A stretch of 64,000 nucleotides of DNA from Octopus vulgaris (lineage: Eukaryota). The DNA lies in the NCBI GenBank assembly GCA_951406725.2, contig OX597836.1:8308001-8372000 (forward strand). The letters run 5' to 3'. The notes beneath the pieces are model-generated. The model worked only from the letters and a program-made list of their open reading frames with translations. It was not told the DNA's origin and did not search any database. Positions 1 through 13,970 of this stretch are shown here, one piece after another (the stretch's first letter is position 1; every line of letters starts with the position of its first letter). The translations under genes and the position numbers were made by a program.

Positions 1-252
1 ATATATGTGTGTGTGTATGTATATATATATGTATATATATAGAGAGAGAGGTGGGGATGAGAGAATGGCCCAAAAGTAGGTTTACAGTTATCACGTTGGC
101 ACTTTTAAATTCTTCTAAAGATATTTTATCACATTTAATTTCCTATCTTACAATTAACTAAATTAGCAAAGAATAATGGTTTCATATTTTTATTTATAAT
201 TAAGATCTAAACTGTTAATATATGAATGCGAAAGAGATAATTGAACAGCCTG

Positions 253-289
<37 letters not shown>

Positions 290-298
290 ACACACACT

Positions 299-330
<32 letters not shown>

Positions 331-334
<4 letters not shown>

Positions 335-561
335 TCTTTACTACCCACAAGGGGCTAAACATAGAGGGGACAAACAAGGACTGACAAATGGATTAAGTCT
401 ATTACATCGACCCCAGTGCGTAACTGGTACTTAATTTATCGACCCCGAAAGGATGAAAGGCAAAGTCGACCTCGGCGGAATTTGAACTCAGAATGTAGCG
501 GCAGACGAAATACCGCTAAGCATTTCGTCCGGCGCGATAACGTTTCTGCCAGCTCGCCGCC
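331..561 (-). mobile_element. tRNA-derived SINE family A (Meta-domain-like core), full length 231 bp
   Basis: Head GGCGGCGAGCTGGCAGAA, B-box-like GAGTTCAAATTCC, core GCCTTTCATCCTTTCGGGGTCGATAAATTAAGTACC. More copies at ~8910-9112, 19503-19712, 30895-31190, 36888-37280, 48820-49022 and 52110-52260. Confidence 0.85.
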
Positions 562-748
562 TTATATAGTCTTATAAGTCCCGGGGTCGAGTTGTCGATT
601 AAAAGGCGGTGCTCCAGCATGGCCGCAGTCAAATGACTGAAACAAATAAAAGAGTAAAGAGTAAAGAGTATATGTCGATTAAAAGGCGGTGCTCCAGCAT
701 GGCCGCAGTCAAATGACTGAAACAAATAAAAGAGTAAAGAGTAAAGAG

Positions 749-784
<36 letters not shown>

Positions 785-1187
785 CTCTTTACTCTTTACT
801 CTTTTATTTGTTTCAGTCATTTGACTGCGGCCACCGCCTTTTAATCGACAACTCGACCCCGGGACTTATTCTTTTGTAAGCCCAATACTTATTCTATCGG
901 TCTCTTTTGCCGAACCGCTAAGTAACGGGGACATAAACACACCAGCATCGGTTGTCAAGCAATGCTAGGGGACAAACACAGACACACAAACATACACACG
1001 CATATATATATATATATATATATACATATATACGACGGGCTTCTTTCAGTTTCCGTCTACCAAATCCACTCACAAGTCTTTGGTCGGCCCGAGGCTATAG
1101 TAGAAGACACTTGCCCAGGGTGCCACGCAGTGGGACTGAACCCGGAACCATGTGGTTGGTAGACAAGCTACTTACCACACAGCCAGT
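785..1187 (-). mobile_element. tRNA-derived SINE family B (CORE-like) with internal TA/CA tract and (AAGAGTA)n tail
   Basis: GGCTGTGTGGTAAG..GGGTTCAGTCCC..GGGCAAGTGTCTT. Other copies at ~7013-7405, 15976-16394, 22887-23320(+), 25435-25843, 36108-36267(+) and 49070-49543. Confidence 0.85.
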
Positions 1188-1209
1188 ATAAATACGTAAA
1201 TTGTTTATA

Positions 1210-1345
<136 letters not shown>

Positions 1346-4237
1346 ATATATGTGTGTACATATATATATATATATAAATGTGTGTGTATACATAATTAAG
1401 GATAAAATCATTATAAAATCAATGTTCTTATCAGTGGCCAGCATACAATAAAAAAAACCATATAGGTAAGAATTAATATAGATATAATTAGAGATATAAT
1501 TATAATTGGAGTCTTATGTATTTTTAGAGTCGTTTGACGTCCATTTCTAGCATGTTGCTACTGTTTCTCTTTACTCTTAATTATAATTATATCTATATAA
1601 ATATCTTTCTGTTTCTACTGACACAATTCTCACCGTAAGACCTTATTAAAAATTTCATGTTGTGTTCACATGGCATGCTGTAAAGGACCTGGTTACAGAT
1701 TAGAAACACATAGGTGCTCTTTTGGTGTGTGATCTACTTTTTAAATTACTTTGGACATACTTAACATTATAAATGTCTTTTTGCAAAAATTTTGTGATTT
1801 TAATAAGAAAACTACATAATAATTAAGACAAGCCCGCAGATCACCCACCAAAGTTCACGCAGATCACACGGAAAATAACACTAACACAAAATAAACTAAA
1901 ATGTAACTAAAGTTATCTCCCTTTAAATTGTAGATCACTCGCCAAAGTGGCACCTTCTTTTTCTAAAGAAATTATATGAATTCGGTGCTGGTTTCTTGTA
2001 AAAATGCAACTGCCTTCGTCTCGTTGCTGATCGCACTGTAAACATCTCTTGCTAACATCTTACGCGATTTTAGAAATCGAAAAGTAAATTAAAAAGCAAC
2101 CTAAAGTAATCTCCCTTTTAGATCACGCGCCAAAGGAGTACCCAGCATACATATATGTTATTAGTGTATGCTATGTGTTTTCTATAAATATGTTCGAGGT
2201 ATTAACAGATAGGTGCTTCTGAAAGGAAATAGGCAACCTTTTTTTAATTACGTTTGTTTAATTATGGCTTAATTGCACGTAGGTGTTCTAAGTATAAAAA
2301 TTGAATCAGTATAAAAATTGAATTTTTGTTCGTTAGATGGCGATTATGATTGGTGGTGGTGGTGGTGGTGGTGGTGGTGAGCGGAGTTGATCTTGTTATC
2401 CACGTGTACCCTAAATACGCTCGTGCTCACGCCTACATAGAAGCGGGTGGCGCGGAAACATATCTATACCCCTGTTGTTGATGTTATTGTCGTCACTATC
2501 GTTGTCATAGTTTTTCTGATTATTTTTGTTGTTGTAGCTGTTTTCTTCTTCTTCTTCTTCTTCCAATCAGGACTCACGCCATTAGCCACAACGAATAATC
2601 TCTAATTCGAGCTATACTCTAAGCTAAGAATGTGGCAACTTGAAGATCCATCCACCACCCGCGATAGACTGGCGGTTGCACGGGCGCGAAAGCTACGTTG
2701 TTATCCTCATTCTGTAAACGGTGGCTTTTAACGGGTGGAGAGCTGAACCATCCTGGGGTACCGAGGATTCGCAATCTAGACTAGGATCTGAAAGTTTACT
2801 ACACCATAGTGGGTTACACCATGGTTCCTCTGCTTTCTGGCAGAAGTAGGAAGAAAGAGTGAGAGAAAGTTGTGGTGAAAGAGTACAGCAGGGCTCACCG
2901 CCTCACTCCGCCGGAGCTTCGTGGAGCTCAGGTGTTTTTGCTCAATAAACACTCACAATGCCCGGACTGGGAATCGAAACCGCGTTCTTACGACTGCGAG
3001 TCCGCTGCCCTAACCACTGGGCCATTGCGCCTCCACTTGTAGCTGTTGTTGCTGTCATCGATGTTGTTTTAGCTTTTGGTGTTGTTCTTGTTTTGGTTGT
3101 CATAACCTTTATTGTTGTTTTTGTTGTTCTGGTTGCTGGTGTTGCTATCACTGTCGTTCGTTGTCATAGTTTTTTCCTGGTTGTTGTTATTGTTGTTGTT
3201 GTTGTTCATGTGTTTATCTTGAGCTGCCATCATCATATTGTTTGATGTTTAAAATCAAATAAATCAAAAGCAAAACAATATCCCACTACCACTACCACCA
3301 CCACCACCACCGCCGCCGCCGCCACCACCACCATCACCACCACCGCCACCACCACCACAAAGAACACCAACATCTCTTCACGCACCACCTCCCTACTTCA
3401 CTTACACGCCCCACCGCGCACGTCACCCCACACCCAAATCTTTGTAATTTAAGATATCGTCCCCCACCTCACCCCCTGACACATGCCCCCTCCCCCCCGG
3501 TCCCATGCCACCCCCTTCTAATCAGCAACGATATCAGAGGAAACAACATCGAAATTTCGGAACAGTCTTTTATAGTTGAGATCATGAAACCCCCCGGGGC
3601 CCGTGATTGGTGAGGAAGTACCAAGCACTGCCGCCACGGAAATTTCATTAAGAATTAACATTGCTGTCCGCCTCGACAATATTTTTCTATAGTGTTTCTC
3701 GAGGCACGGATCCGTGTTTCTATGTATGTGCTTCTTTCTTTGTGTGTGTGGTGGTGGGGTAAGATTGTACGTTCATATATTTTCATATGTGTCAGCGCGT
3801 GTATATGTATATGTATATGTGTGTGTGTGTGTGAGTGAGAGAGAGAGAGAGAGGAGAGTGTGTGTGTGTGTGTGTACATACACGTGCGCATATATATAAA
3901 CACATACATTTTTATACATATATACATATATATGCGTGTGGATGTTAATATGTATGTGTGAGCATGTGTGTATGTGTGCTATTGTGTGTGCACATGTGTT
4001 TGGTTACGTTTGATTATATGTATGAGTGTGTGTGTGTGTGTGAGTGTGTATTTGCGTGCATATGTATATAGTGGTCTATGTATATGTGTATATATCTATC
4101 GTGGTATACATGCATACATGTTTATATTTTGATACGCATGTATGATTGTGTGTGGCTATGTGCGTGTATTAGTGTATGTGTCATTCTTTACATAGTCATA
4201 TTCATGATATACGTTTATTATATATATAATATATATA

Positions 4238-4600
4238 TTGAAAACAAGTGGATGTATTCCACTGAAACTAGGTAAATAAAATCTTCGAACAGACGGTCGG
4301 TAGCGACACCTGCTGGGTCTGACTACGCTGCATTGATAAAGGGCAACAACCCTGAAATATGTCTGCAGATGTCTGACCAGCAAGGTGAAGCGGCTGACCT
4401 CCCCTGTTCGAAGGTTGTAATGGACGCAGGTTCGTGCGTCATATAGCTAGCTAGAGGCGATGGCCTCTTGGAGCTAATCAGCGACAGCTTTAGTCTTATA
4501 TTTATGGACTGCCACATTAGTTTGGCGATAACTATTAATATCCAGTAACGCTGCCGTAATCTCCTTTAGAGAGACTTAGTAATTTTAATATTTCTATTTT
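4238..4600 (+). mobile_element. Short PLE pseudo-LTR/retrozyme-like element between (TA)n tracts
   Basis: ~360-bp island of higher GC bounded by TA repeats on both sides and carrying the hammerhead motif. Confidence 0.5.
4328..4368 (+). ncRNA. Minimal type-I hammerhead ribozyme motif with U3-A8 core
   Basis: CTGCA-TTGATAA-AGGG-caacaa-CCCT-GAAA-TATG-TC-TGCAG: stems I and II pair perfectly, GUC triplet, self-complementary ATATGT in place of stem III. Confidence 0.65.
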
Positions 4601-4613
4601 ATATATATATATA

Positions 4614-4684
<71 letters not shown>

Positions 4685-4879
4685 GTATGTATGTACGTAT
4701 ATACGTATGCATGTGTATATATATATATATATATGTATGCATGTACTTATATACGTATGTATGTTTATATATTTTTTTCTCGCCCCTCCTTAATTTTCCT
4801 GTCCATCTGCTTCTACAACTCTCTCTTTCTCTCTCTCTCTCTTCACTTCCCCTCCTTAATTCTTTTGTTCCTCTTTTTC

Positions 4880-5390
4880 TCTCTCTTTTCTTCCCTCGTG
4901 ACCGATAGGTCACACTGCTCGCTCTCTTTTGGGGTCTGACCGTGGTCCATGCAACATCAATATTCTTCCCTGTGTTCGTGAAAGTTTTGTATCTCTGCCG
5001 TAAGGCTTCATTTCCACACACGCCAGCTGAATTCAATTCGACCCCAGTCGAAAGACACCTGTTGTTATGTCCTATATTATCATTTTTATTGTATTTATAT
5101 TTGTGTAACATTGTCTGTTTCTCCGTTCTTGTTTTTGTATACATTCGATGCTTTTTTTCCAAGGAATCTAATGCTCTTGGGTTAGTTTTTCCTTGGGGCT
5201 GGTCAGATTGGAGCAATCTCAAGAATAATCAGCCGAAATTGCGAGGATGATCTGGTTCTTGACTGAGGATAGAAAGCTTCGAATGATCCGTCCTTGTTTT
5301 TTTTTTGTATTGTCTATCTGGATATTTTGTTGTCCCTTTTTGTATCACCTAGTTGTCCGGATGTTTTGCCTTCTTGTCCCATTTTGTATT
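4880..5390 (+). mobile_element. Decayed PLE-derived repeat; other copies at ~11740-12290 (+) and ~33348-33680 (-)
   Basis: Three clearly homologous copies abutting TA/CA microsatellites. The translation [11 protein letters not shown]...NNQPKL weakly resembles a GIY-YIG C-terminus. The family assignment is an inference. Confidence 0.5.
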
Positions 5391-5975
5391 TTATATATAT
5401 ATACATATACATATATAGTAGAAGACACTTGCCCAATGTATAGATATTGTCCTGTCAAAGATTATTTCTCCAGCGTTCACCACTTCACCTCATTATGGTT
5501 TCACAGCTCTTACCGTTTGTTTTCACTCTCATGTGTACATTTTTTGACGTCCTGTACCCCTATATGCATGTGTATATTCATATATATGTATGCATATATA
5601 CATATATATGTGTGTGTAATGATTTACTACTACTATTACTACTACCAAGCCTAATTCTAATAGCGGAGGAAAAGTGGTGGTCGTGGTGGTCGTGGTGGTC
5701 ATGGTGGTGGTGGTGGTGGTCGTCGTCGTCGTCGTCGTTGTGGTGACGGTGGTAGTGGTCGTGGTGGGGTGGTGGTGTTAATTAGGACATTCTCGAAAAA
5801 GTGGAGTTCAAAAACAAAAATTGCTTTTTCTAATTAAATTATCAAATTGTTCAATTGCTACTTTTGTAAATTTGCATATTTAAATAGTTAGTTCAATGAT
5901 GGCACTGATAATGACAATTAACGGGCATAGATATACATGCATACGTACGTACATACATGCTACATACAAACATAC

Positions 5976-6007
<32 letters not shown>

Positions 6008-6141
6008 ATATGTATATATATACATATGTATATATATATATATATATGTATATATAGATATACATATACATACATACATATATACATACATAAATACACT
6101 GACATCAGCAAACACGCGCACACAGACACACATACAAACGC

Positions 6142-6199
<58 letters not shown>

Positions 6200-7730
6200 C
6201 GGGAAGGTTTACGAAAATAAACAAAAGACGAAGGCAGGTGGAGTACAAACAAACAAATGTATTAGTATGGCGCTCAGGAATAGAAATAGAAAAAGTCTTT
6301 TACGTTTCGAGCCTACTCTCTTCGACAGAAAGATACACAGAAAAGAAACACGGAAAGAAACAAGGAGAGAAAAAAATGCGTGTAGGAGCTAACGATCTAT
6401 CATGGCGTTACGGGAGTCAGTTTAATCGACTTTCCCCATCCCTTTAAATTGCTGGCCTTGTGTCTAGGAATCGGGCAACTTGCCTTGCAGCATAGAGTTA
6501 TGGAGCATCACGTTCTGAGTTCAATCCTGCTGAAGTTAGCTCTACCTTCCATCCCTACAGGGGTCAATAAAATAAAGCACCAGTAATGTGCTGGGTCGCT
6601 TTAATCCACTTGTCCTCCCCATAAATTGTTGAGAAATCATTGCTTAAAATGTTCTAGGCTGTCACTTTTGCGACCTCTATTAATACACACACGCGCGCAT
6701 GCGCGTGCGCAGACACACACATATATACATTTATACTAGGGGAAGTCAAAAATTATCCGCACTTTCGTCACAACATATCCGCACTTTCACCATAATAATT
6801 TCAGAGAAATCGGATCACTGCTCTTGGTTCTTCTTTGGTGCATTTTGTTAGTGGAGCAGCCATGCTTACATTCTGGAGCAGCCAGAAAGAAAAATGGTGT
6901 GATCAGACTCAAACTTCGATCACGTGAACACAATAGTATCAACTATAAGCACGCATGCGCAGAAGGCAGTCTAATAAAAATAAAGAAATGTTATGGCGAA
7001 AATACTATAGATTCTTTTATACGTTTCAGTCATTTGACTGCGGCCATGCTGGAGCACCGCCTTTAGTCGAACACAACGACCTCAGGACTTATTCTATGTA
7101 AGCCTAGTACTTATTCTATCGGTCTCTTTTGCCGAACCACTAAGTTACGGGGACGTAAACTCACCAGCATCGATTGACAAGTGATGATAGGAGACAAACA
7201 CATAAACACACAGACACACACATAGACGTACACATATATATACGACGGGCTTCTTTCAGTTTCCGTCTACTAAATCCACTCACAAGGCTTTGGTCGGCCC
7301 GAGGCTATAGCAGAAGAGATTGCCCGAGGTGCCACGCAGTGGGACTGAACCCGGAACCATGTGGTTGGTAAGCAAGCTACTTACCACACAGCCACTCCTG
7401 CGCCTTATATATAAATGTATGTATATATGTATGTACGTATGTATATAAGTATGTATGTATAAAATATGTGTGTATACATATGCGTGCGAACGTGCATATT
7501 TAGATATACAGCAAACATGCACGCACACACAGACATACACACATACACACACACATGCGTATGCACATGTATATGGGGGAATAATAAAAGTGTGTATCAC
7601 CTCAGTTAAAACCAACATCCACACACACACACACACGCACACACACACATATATATATACATATGTGTATATGCACATATATATACACATACATACATAT
7701 ATGTAATTACATATATATATACATGCATAT

Positions 7731-7805
<75 letters not shown>

Positions 7806-8151
7806 ATATATATACATATATATATACATATACATTTATGCACAGATACACATATATATACAAGCACACACACACACACACGTATATATATATACACACA
7901 CACGTGCGACCAAAACCACCGCCGCCACCTCCACAGTTGCCCTCACTCATGTCCCACTTCTAAATTTATGACCAATTAATCAAATTAACTATTAAAGCTG
8001 TTGTACTGATCAGAACTCATCGAATAATGACCTATTAAAGAGAATTGATAGGAAATTATCTTGAACAATTTCAAACTGTATAAGGACACGTACAGCGAAC
8101 ACCTATTGATCTCTGTGTCTGTCTGTCTCTCATTTTCTCTGTCTGTCTGTA

Positions 8152-8216
<65 letters not shown>

Positions 8217-8369
8217 GACCGTCTCTACGGCTAGCTGGCTGGCTGGCTGGCTGTCTTGCTCGGTGTATGCATGTACGTATGTATGTGAAACTGTCCGTTG
8301 ACCAATGTACGTGTTTGTTCGTGTTTGTGTTAATGTCTATATGTGTGTGTATGTGTGTTTGTATGTCTA

Positions 8370-8400
<31 letters not shown>

Positions 8401-9434
8401 GTGTGTGTGTGCATATGTATGTTTGTCGGTAAGGCTCTGTGTGAATGCGTTTGTTTGTGTTTCTGTGTATGTGTGTGTGTGTACGTGTGTGTGTGTGTAC
8501 GTGTGTGTGTGTGTAGATATGTTGGACTGTGGCATCGCATGTCCGACCGTCCAGTTAAATCAAACGATCTATTTCTCCAAGTGTCCATGTTAACTTTTGG
8601 CTCATTTTTAGTTTCTTCCCTTCCATCTCTTCAGATGCACACATTAAAACGGGAAACCGGCCCTTAAGAGCCTGGCATGGCTCGGGAAGGAACCTTTAAT
8701 TATTTAATTTGGTATCACGCTTTGTGATGCAAATTGTTTATCTCAATCAGTTCTTGTGAAAATATAAATGTGCATTTCACAAATTTACCGCTTTTCTGGC
8801 AACCACCCCGTAGTTTTCAGGGAGATTCAGAATATGATAATTCTGGCCCTTTGAATTGCCGGTACTACTCCCTTTTCGTTAGCTGAAAGGATTTGGAACA
8901 AGTTGAAATATATTCTTTTCTACTCTAGGCACAGGGCCCGAAATTTGGGAGGGAGGGTACTAGTCGATTAGATCGACCCCAGTACGCAACTGGTACTTAA
9001 TTTGTCGACCCAGAAAGGATGAAAGGCAAAGTCGACCTCGGCGGTATTTGAACTCAGAACGTAGCCGCTAAGCATTTCGTCCGGCGTGCTAACGTTTCTG
9101 CCAGTTCGCCGCCCTACAAAATGAAATATACCGTCTTGCTCAAGGACACAAGCGCCGCCGGGAATCGATCTCACGACCATACGATTGTGAGACACCATAC
9201 AGCATAAATTCTTGAGTCATTAAAATATTCTCCGCCGTTAAAGGATGTATCATAATTACTAAATCAACTTAAACCCTGCCCCACAACCGCCAACCACCAC
9301 CACCACCCCGAAATTACTGGTCTTGTGGCAAAATTTGAAATCGATATTAGCTCAAGGGGGCAATGATCCCGTTTCCGGTTATTCTTAGAAACCGGAAACG
9401 AGATGAGATCACTAGCATTGTCTAAGACAAATCC

Positions 9435-9665
9435 TATTTCTTTACTACCCACAAGGGGCTAAACATAGAGAAGACAAACAAGGACAGACAAATGGATTAA
9501 GTCGATTCTATCGACTCCAGTTCGTAACTGGTACTTAATTTATCGACCCCGAAAGGATGAAAGGCAAAGTCGACCTCGGCGGAATTTGAACTCAGAACGT
9601 AACGGCAGACGAAATACGGCTACGCATTTCGCCCGGCGTGCTAACGATTCTGCCAGCTCGCCGCC
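9435..9665 (-). mobile_element. SINE family A with 12-bp TSD
   Basis: TAAGACAAATCC at 9423-9434 and 9666-9677. Confidence 0.9.
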
Positions 9666-10151
9666 TAAGACAAATCCGAAAGAGATAAGTCATGCTTAGA
9701 ATCATAAATCTTTTTTTTTTCTTTTTTAAAGAAAGGATAAATCCTTTTCTGAAGTCATATAGACTCATAAAGCCGACGGTTCCCCGGAGTCTCTGGTATA
9801 TACACTTCCTACTCGAGGGGACACGGGTGTGTCGTAGGATTACTCCTTTTTTGCCAGGCGAGCGAGATGGAGTAATATGAAGTGCTTTGTTTTGGTCAAG
9901 AGTCCAACGGACTACACAGTCCAGGAATTGAAACTACAATTTAAAGATCGTAAATCCAAGACTCTAATCACTGAGCCACGTGTCTCCACTGGAGACATTA
10001 TTTAAATACAGCTGTATTAATTCTACTCCAGCCTGGCCGCAGTCAAGCGACTTAAAGAAGTGGAAGATTAAATGAAGGAAAACATGAAAAATACATTTTG
10101 GGGATTTTTTGAAATGGTTTTTCTTAATTATATAAACTGAAAGTGTATATC

Positions 10152-10608
<457 letters not shown>

Positions 10609-10831
10609 TTGTTGTTTGCATAGGTTGATAAACAGAGATGAAGGTAAGTTCTCAAGATAGAAATCCTTAATTAGATTATGAAATGAAGAAATTACGTCAG
10701 ATTAAAAATTGTGCCATTTATTAAAATATATATTTGCCAAAACATAAAACCACATAAGCAATTATAGATATGTCGAAGGTAAATTGAAAAACGGATATTG
10801 GAAGCAATTATTAGGAAACCGCATTATATAC

Positions 10832-10886
<55 letters not shown>

Positions 10887-10887
10887 G

Positions 10888-10943
<56 letters not shown>

Positions 10944-11135
10944 TATTTATGTATATATATATATATATATGTATATATATAATTATGTATATGTATATGT
11001 ATATGTATATATATATATACACATACATATATATATACACACACACACGCATATATATATGCACACACACACACACACATATGCATATGAGCACATACAC
11101 ATATATGTGTGTGTATATATGTATGTATATATATG

Positions 11136-11191
<56 letters not shown>

Positions 11192-12303
11192 CATACATAT
11201 ATAATATATATTAATATAATCTTACTAAACCTTTTGTTCGTCTTTGGATAAGATATCGCGTGACCACATATTCTACTGGTTTATTAAAATCTGTCTCCTA
11301 GAGGCACCATTGTATGCAGGGAAGTTACGGGATGTATTTCGCATTATCTACTTCAGTGTAGAGTTCGATTCTGTCTTCGTATGTCTCTCCGTTTTTGCCG
11401 TACTTAATATGTGTGTTATTGTATGTGTTTGTGTGTAAACAGAGTTAGCGGATAGAGTAACCGACCGAGGGATAAAATATCCATATATGCTATCGGTATC
11501 AGTTACCCGTGTTATACCCGGGCAATGGTGTGCAGGCACAGTATACACGTGGAGTGCAGGTAACAACAGGATAAACAAGGGTTTATCAGGAACCAATGCA
11601 AATAATTAGAAAATGGAGAAACCCACAGATTAACAAACTCATCGATAGGACCAACATTTATATCTTATTTTTTTAATACAAAGCATGACATAACAAAACC
11701 TATCTTGTTATTTTATGCTTTGTATTAAAAAATAAGCTTTAAAAGAGGTTCGATCGGTGTGGTCCCTCTGCTTCTACCTCTCTCTCTTCCCTTCCCACGT
11801 GACCGGCGAACGGCCAAGCCTGTTCTTCCTTTCTTGGTCTGGCCCTTGTCAGTGCAACATCGATATTCTCCCCTGTGTTTGTGAAATCTTGTATCCCTGC
11901 CGTAAGGCTTCATTTCCACACACGCCAGCTTAATTTATTTCGTCCTTAGTCGAAAGACACCTGTTGTTATGTCCTGTTATTATTTTTAATGTATTTGTAT
12001 TTGTGTAACATTGTCCGTTTTTTTCTGTCCTTATTTTTGTATACATTCGATGCTTTCTTCCAAGGAATCTAATGCTCTTAGCTTAATTTTTCCTTGCGGT
12101 TGGTCAGATTGGAGTAATCTCAAGTATAATCAGCCGAAATTGCGAAGATAATCTGGTACTGGACTGAGGAAAGAAAACTTCGAATGACCCGTCCTTGTTT
12201 TCTTTGTATCGTCTATCTGGATGTTTTGTTGTCCCATTTTTGTATCACCTAACTGTCCGGATGTTTTGCGTTCTTGTCCAATTTTTTATTTTACACATAC
12301 ACA

Positions 12304-12360
<57 letters not shown>

Positions 12361-12479
12361 ACACACATATATATATATTCTCAAGTTTAGCTGATATGAA
12401 AGACTGGAAGCTATCTGAATATTGGAAAAAAGTTACCTGTATCATAATGACTCCCGTTAGTAAACAATAAATACATCAT

Positions 12480-13205
12480 AGAAAGCAACTTTAATTAATT
12501 TTGAAAATTATACCCTTTCAAATAGTTATCGTTTCGTTCCTGACAATGGTGAACTCTTTCTAAAGTGTATTCCATCACCATTTGTTATATTTCGTGGTTT
12601 ATTCCTTCAATTTCTTCGCGGATATCGGCCTTAAATTGCTGGATGGACCGAGGTTTGTCATGGTATACTCTGTCCTTCAGACATTCTCACAAGAAAAAGT
12701 CTGGAACCATTAAATCAGCTGATCCAATTCCTGCCAATTCTTGGATCTGGGCAGCATGCACTAATCGCCCCCGATAATCTGACGGCTTTGATTTCTGCAA
12801 CTTATGTGGGGAAAAAATTCAGCATCCTCTAATTCCTTGTATTGAATTTCGTGGTGTGCCCAGCTGCTGGGACAGCCTTCCGGTTGATGTTGGAAGCTTT
12901 TCTTCTATTCTCTTCTGTACACGCTGAATTTTGTCCTAAGACCTCCGGGAATGTGGCCTTTCCACACTGGGTAAATCAATCACAGTACCCCGTTGTTCAA
13001 ATCTCTGTAATAAAGGGAGTATTGCTTGTTTAGATGGTGATTGTCTGATCTGAAAATCACGAATGTCAGATCTTTGGGTTAACACAATTGATCGTTAATT
13101 TTGTAGATAAAATTAGATTATTACTACTTCTTGCTCTGTCGTGGATTTCTCTATGATTATTTTCCAAAGAATTACATGTCAATAATCTGAAACCCAGCCA
13201 CCCTC
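12480..13205 (-). mobile_element. Tc1/mariner-superfamily remnant
   Basis: Minus-strand piece SADLMVPDFFL..CLKDRVYHDKPRSIQQFKADIREEI resembles SPDL...DFFLWG.LK..VY..KP. Confidence 0.65.
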
Positions 13206-13691
13206 ACAGAAAAAAAATGAAAAGAATCATTATAAAAAAAGTTAGCATATACACTCACATACATACATCTAACCATCCCCGGGTGCGGCTATAATTGGTG
13301 TGGTACAGTATTGGGCCCCTAACAGGGGATCGCCGCATGCCCACATATTAACACCCGTCCACCTCGGGCGACATGAGGGTCTACGTACAAGTGCGGGGCC
13401 TCCAGCTTTCTTGGACGAACCAGCCGTCCAGGGGAAATGCCTTCGCGTTATTTCTGTATTGACAGACTAGTGACTTTTGGGTCACCCTGTAAATGCACAT
13501 ACATATATTTATATATGCATGTATGTGTGTGTATGTATACATATATATATCACGTGATCACGTGACCGACCAGACCATCAGATGTTGCTACACATCGCTG
13601 GTCACTGCGTTTGCATTGTTTAAGCCTTCGAACGACGCCACCCCGCTGGCTAAGCGAGCAGGCCACATATATATATATATATATGTATGTA

Positions 13692-13727
<36 letters not shown>

Positions 13728-13737
13728 TGTATGTATG

Positions 13738-13796
<59 letters not shown>

Positions 13797-13928
13797 ATAA
13801 ATGGTGTGGGTTGTGTTGACCGCACGTGGAGAAATGATAAGCAAGGAAAAATTGTAAAAATGCAGAATGCTAAATTGAAAGAAAATTTTAATGAAATGAG
13901 AAATTGATAAAATATACAAATATATATT

Positions 13929-13970
13929 TATTCAAACCGGTTTTCGTCATAATGTGACTTATCAAGAATA
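13929..13970 (-). ncRNA. Minimal hammerhead motif (U3-A8 core), left arm
   Basis: Exact reverse complement of 14741-14782. Confidence 0.6.

Noticed and set aside
10762-11251. [16 protein letters not shown] ORFs here and throughout the track
   Set aside because: Stop-free readings of TA, CA, TACA and GATA microsatellites.
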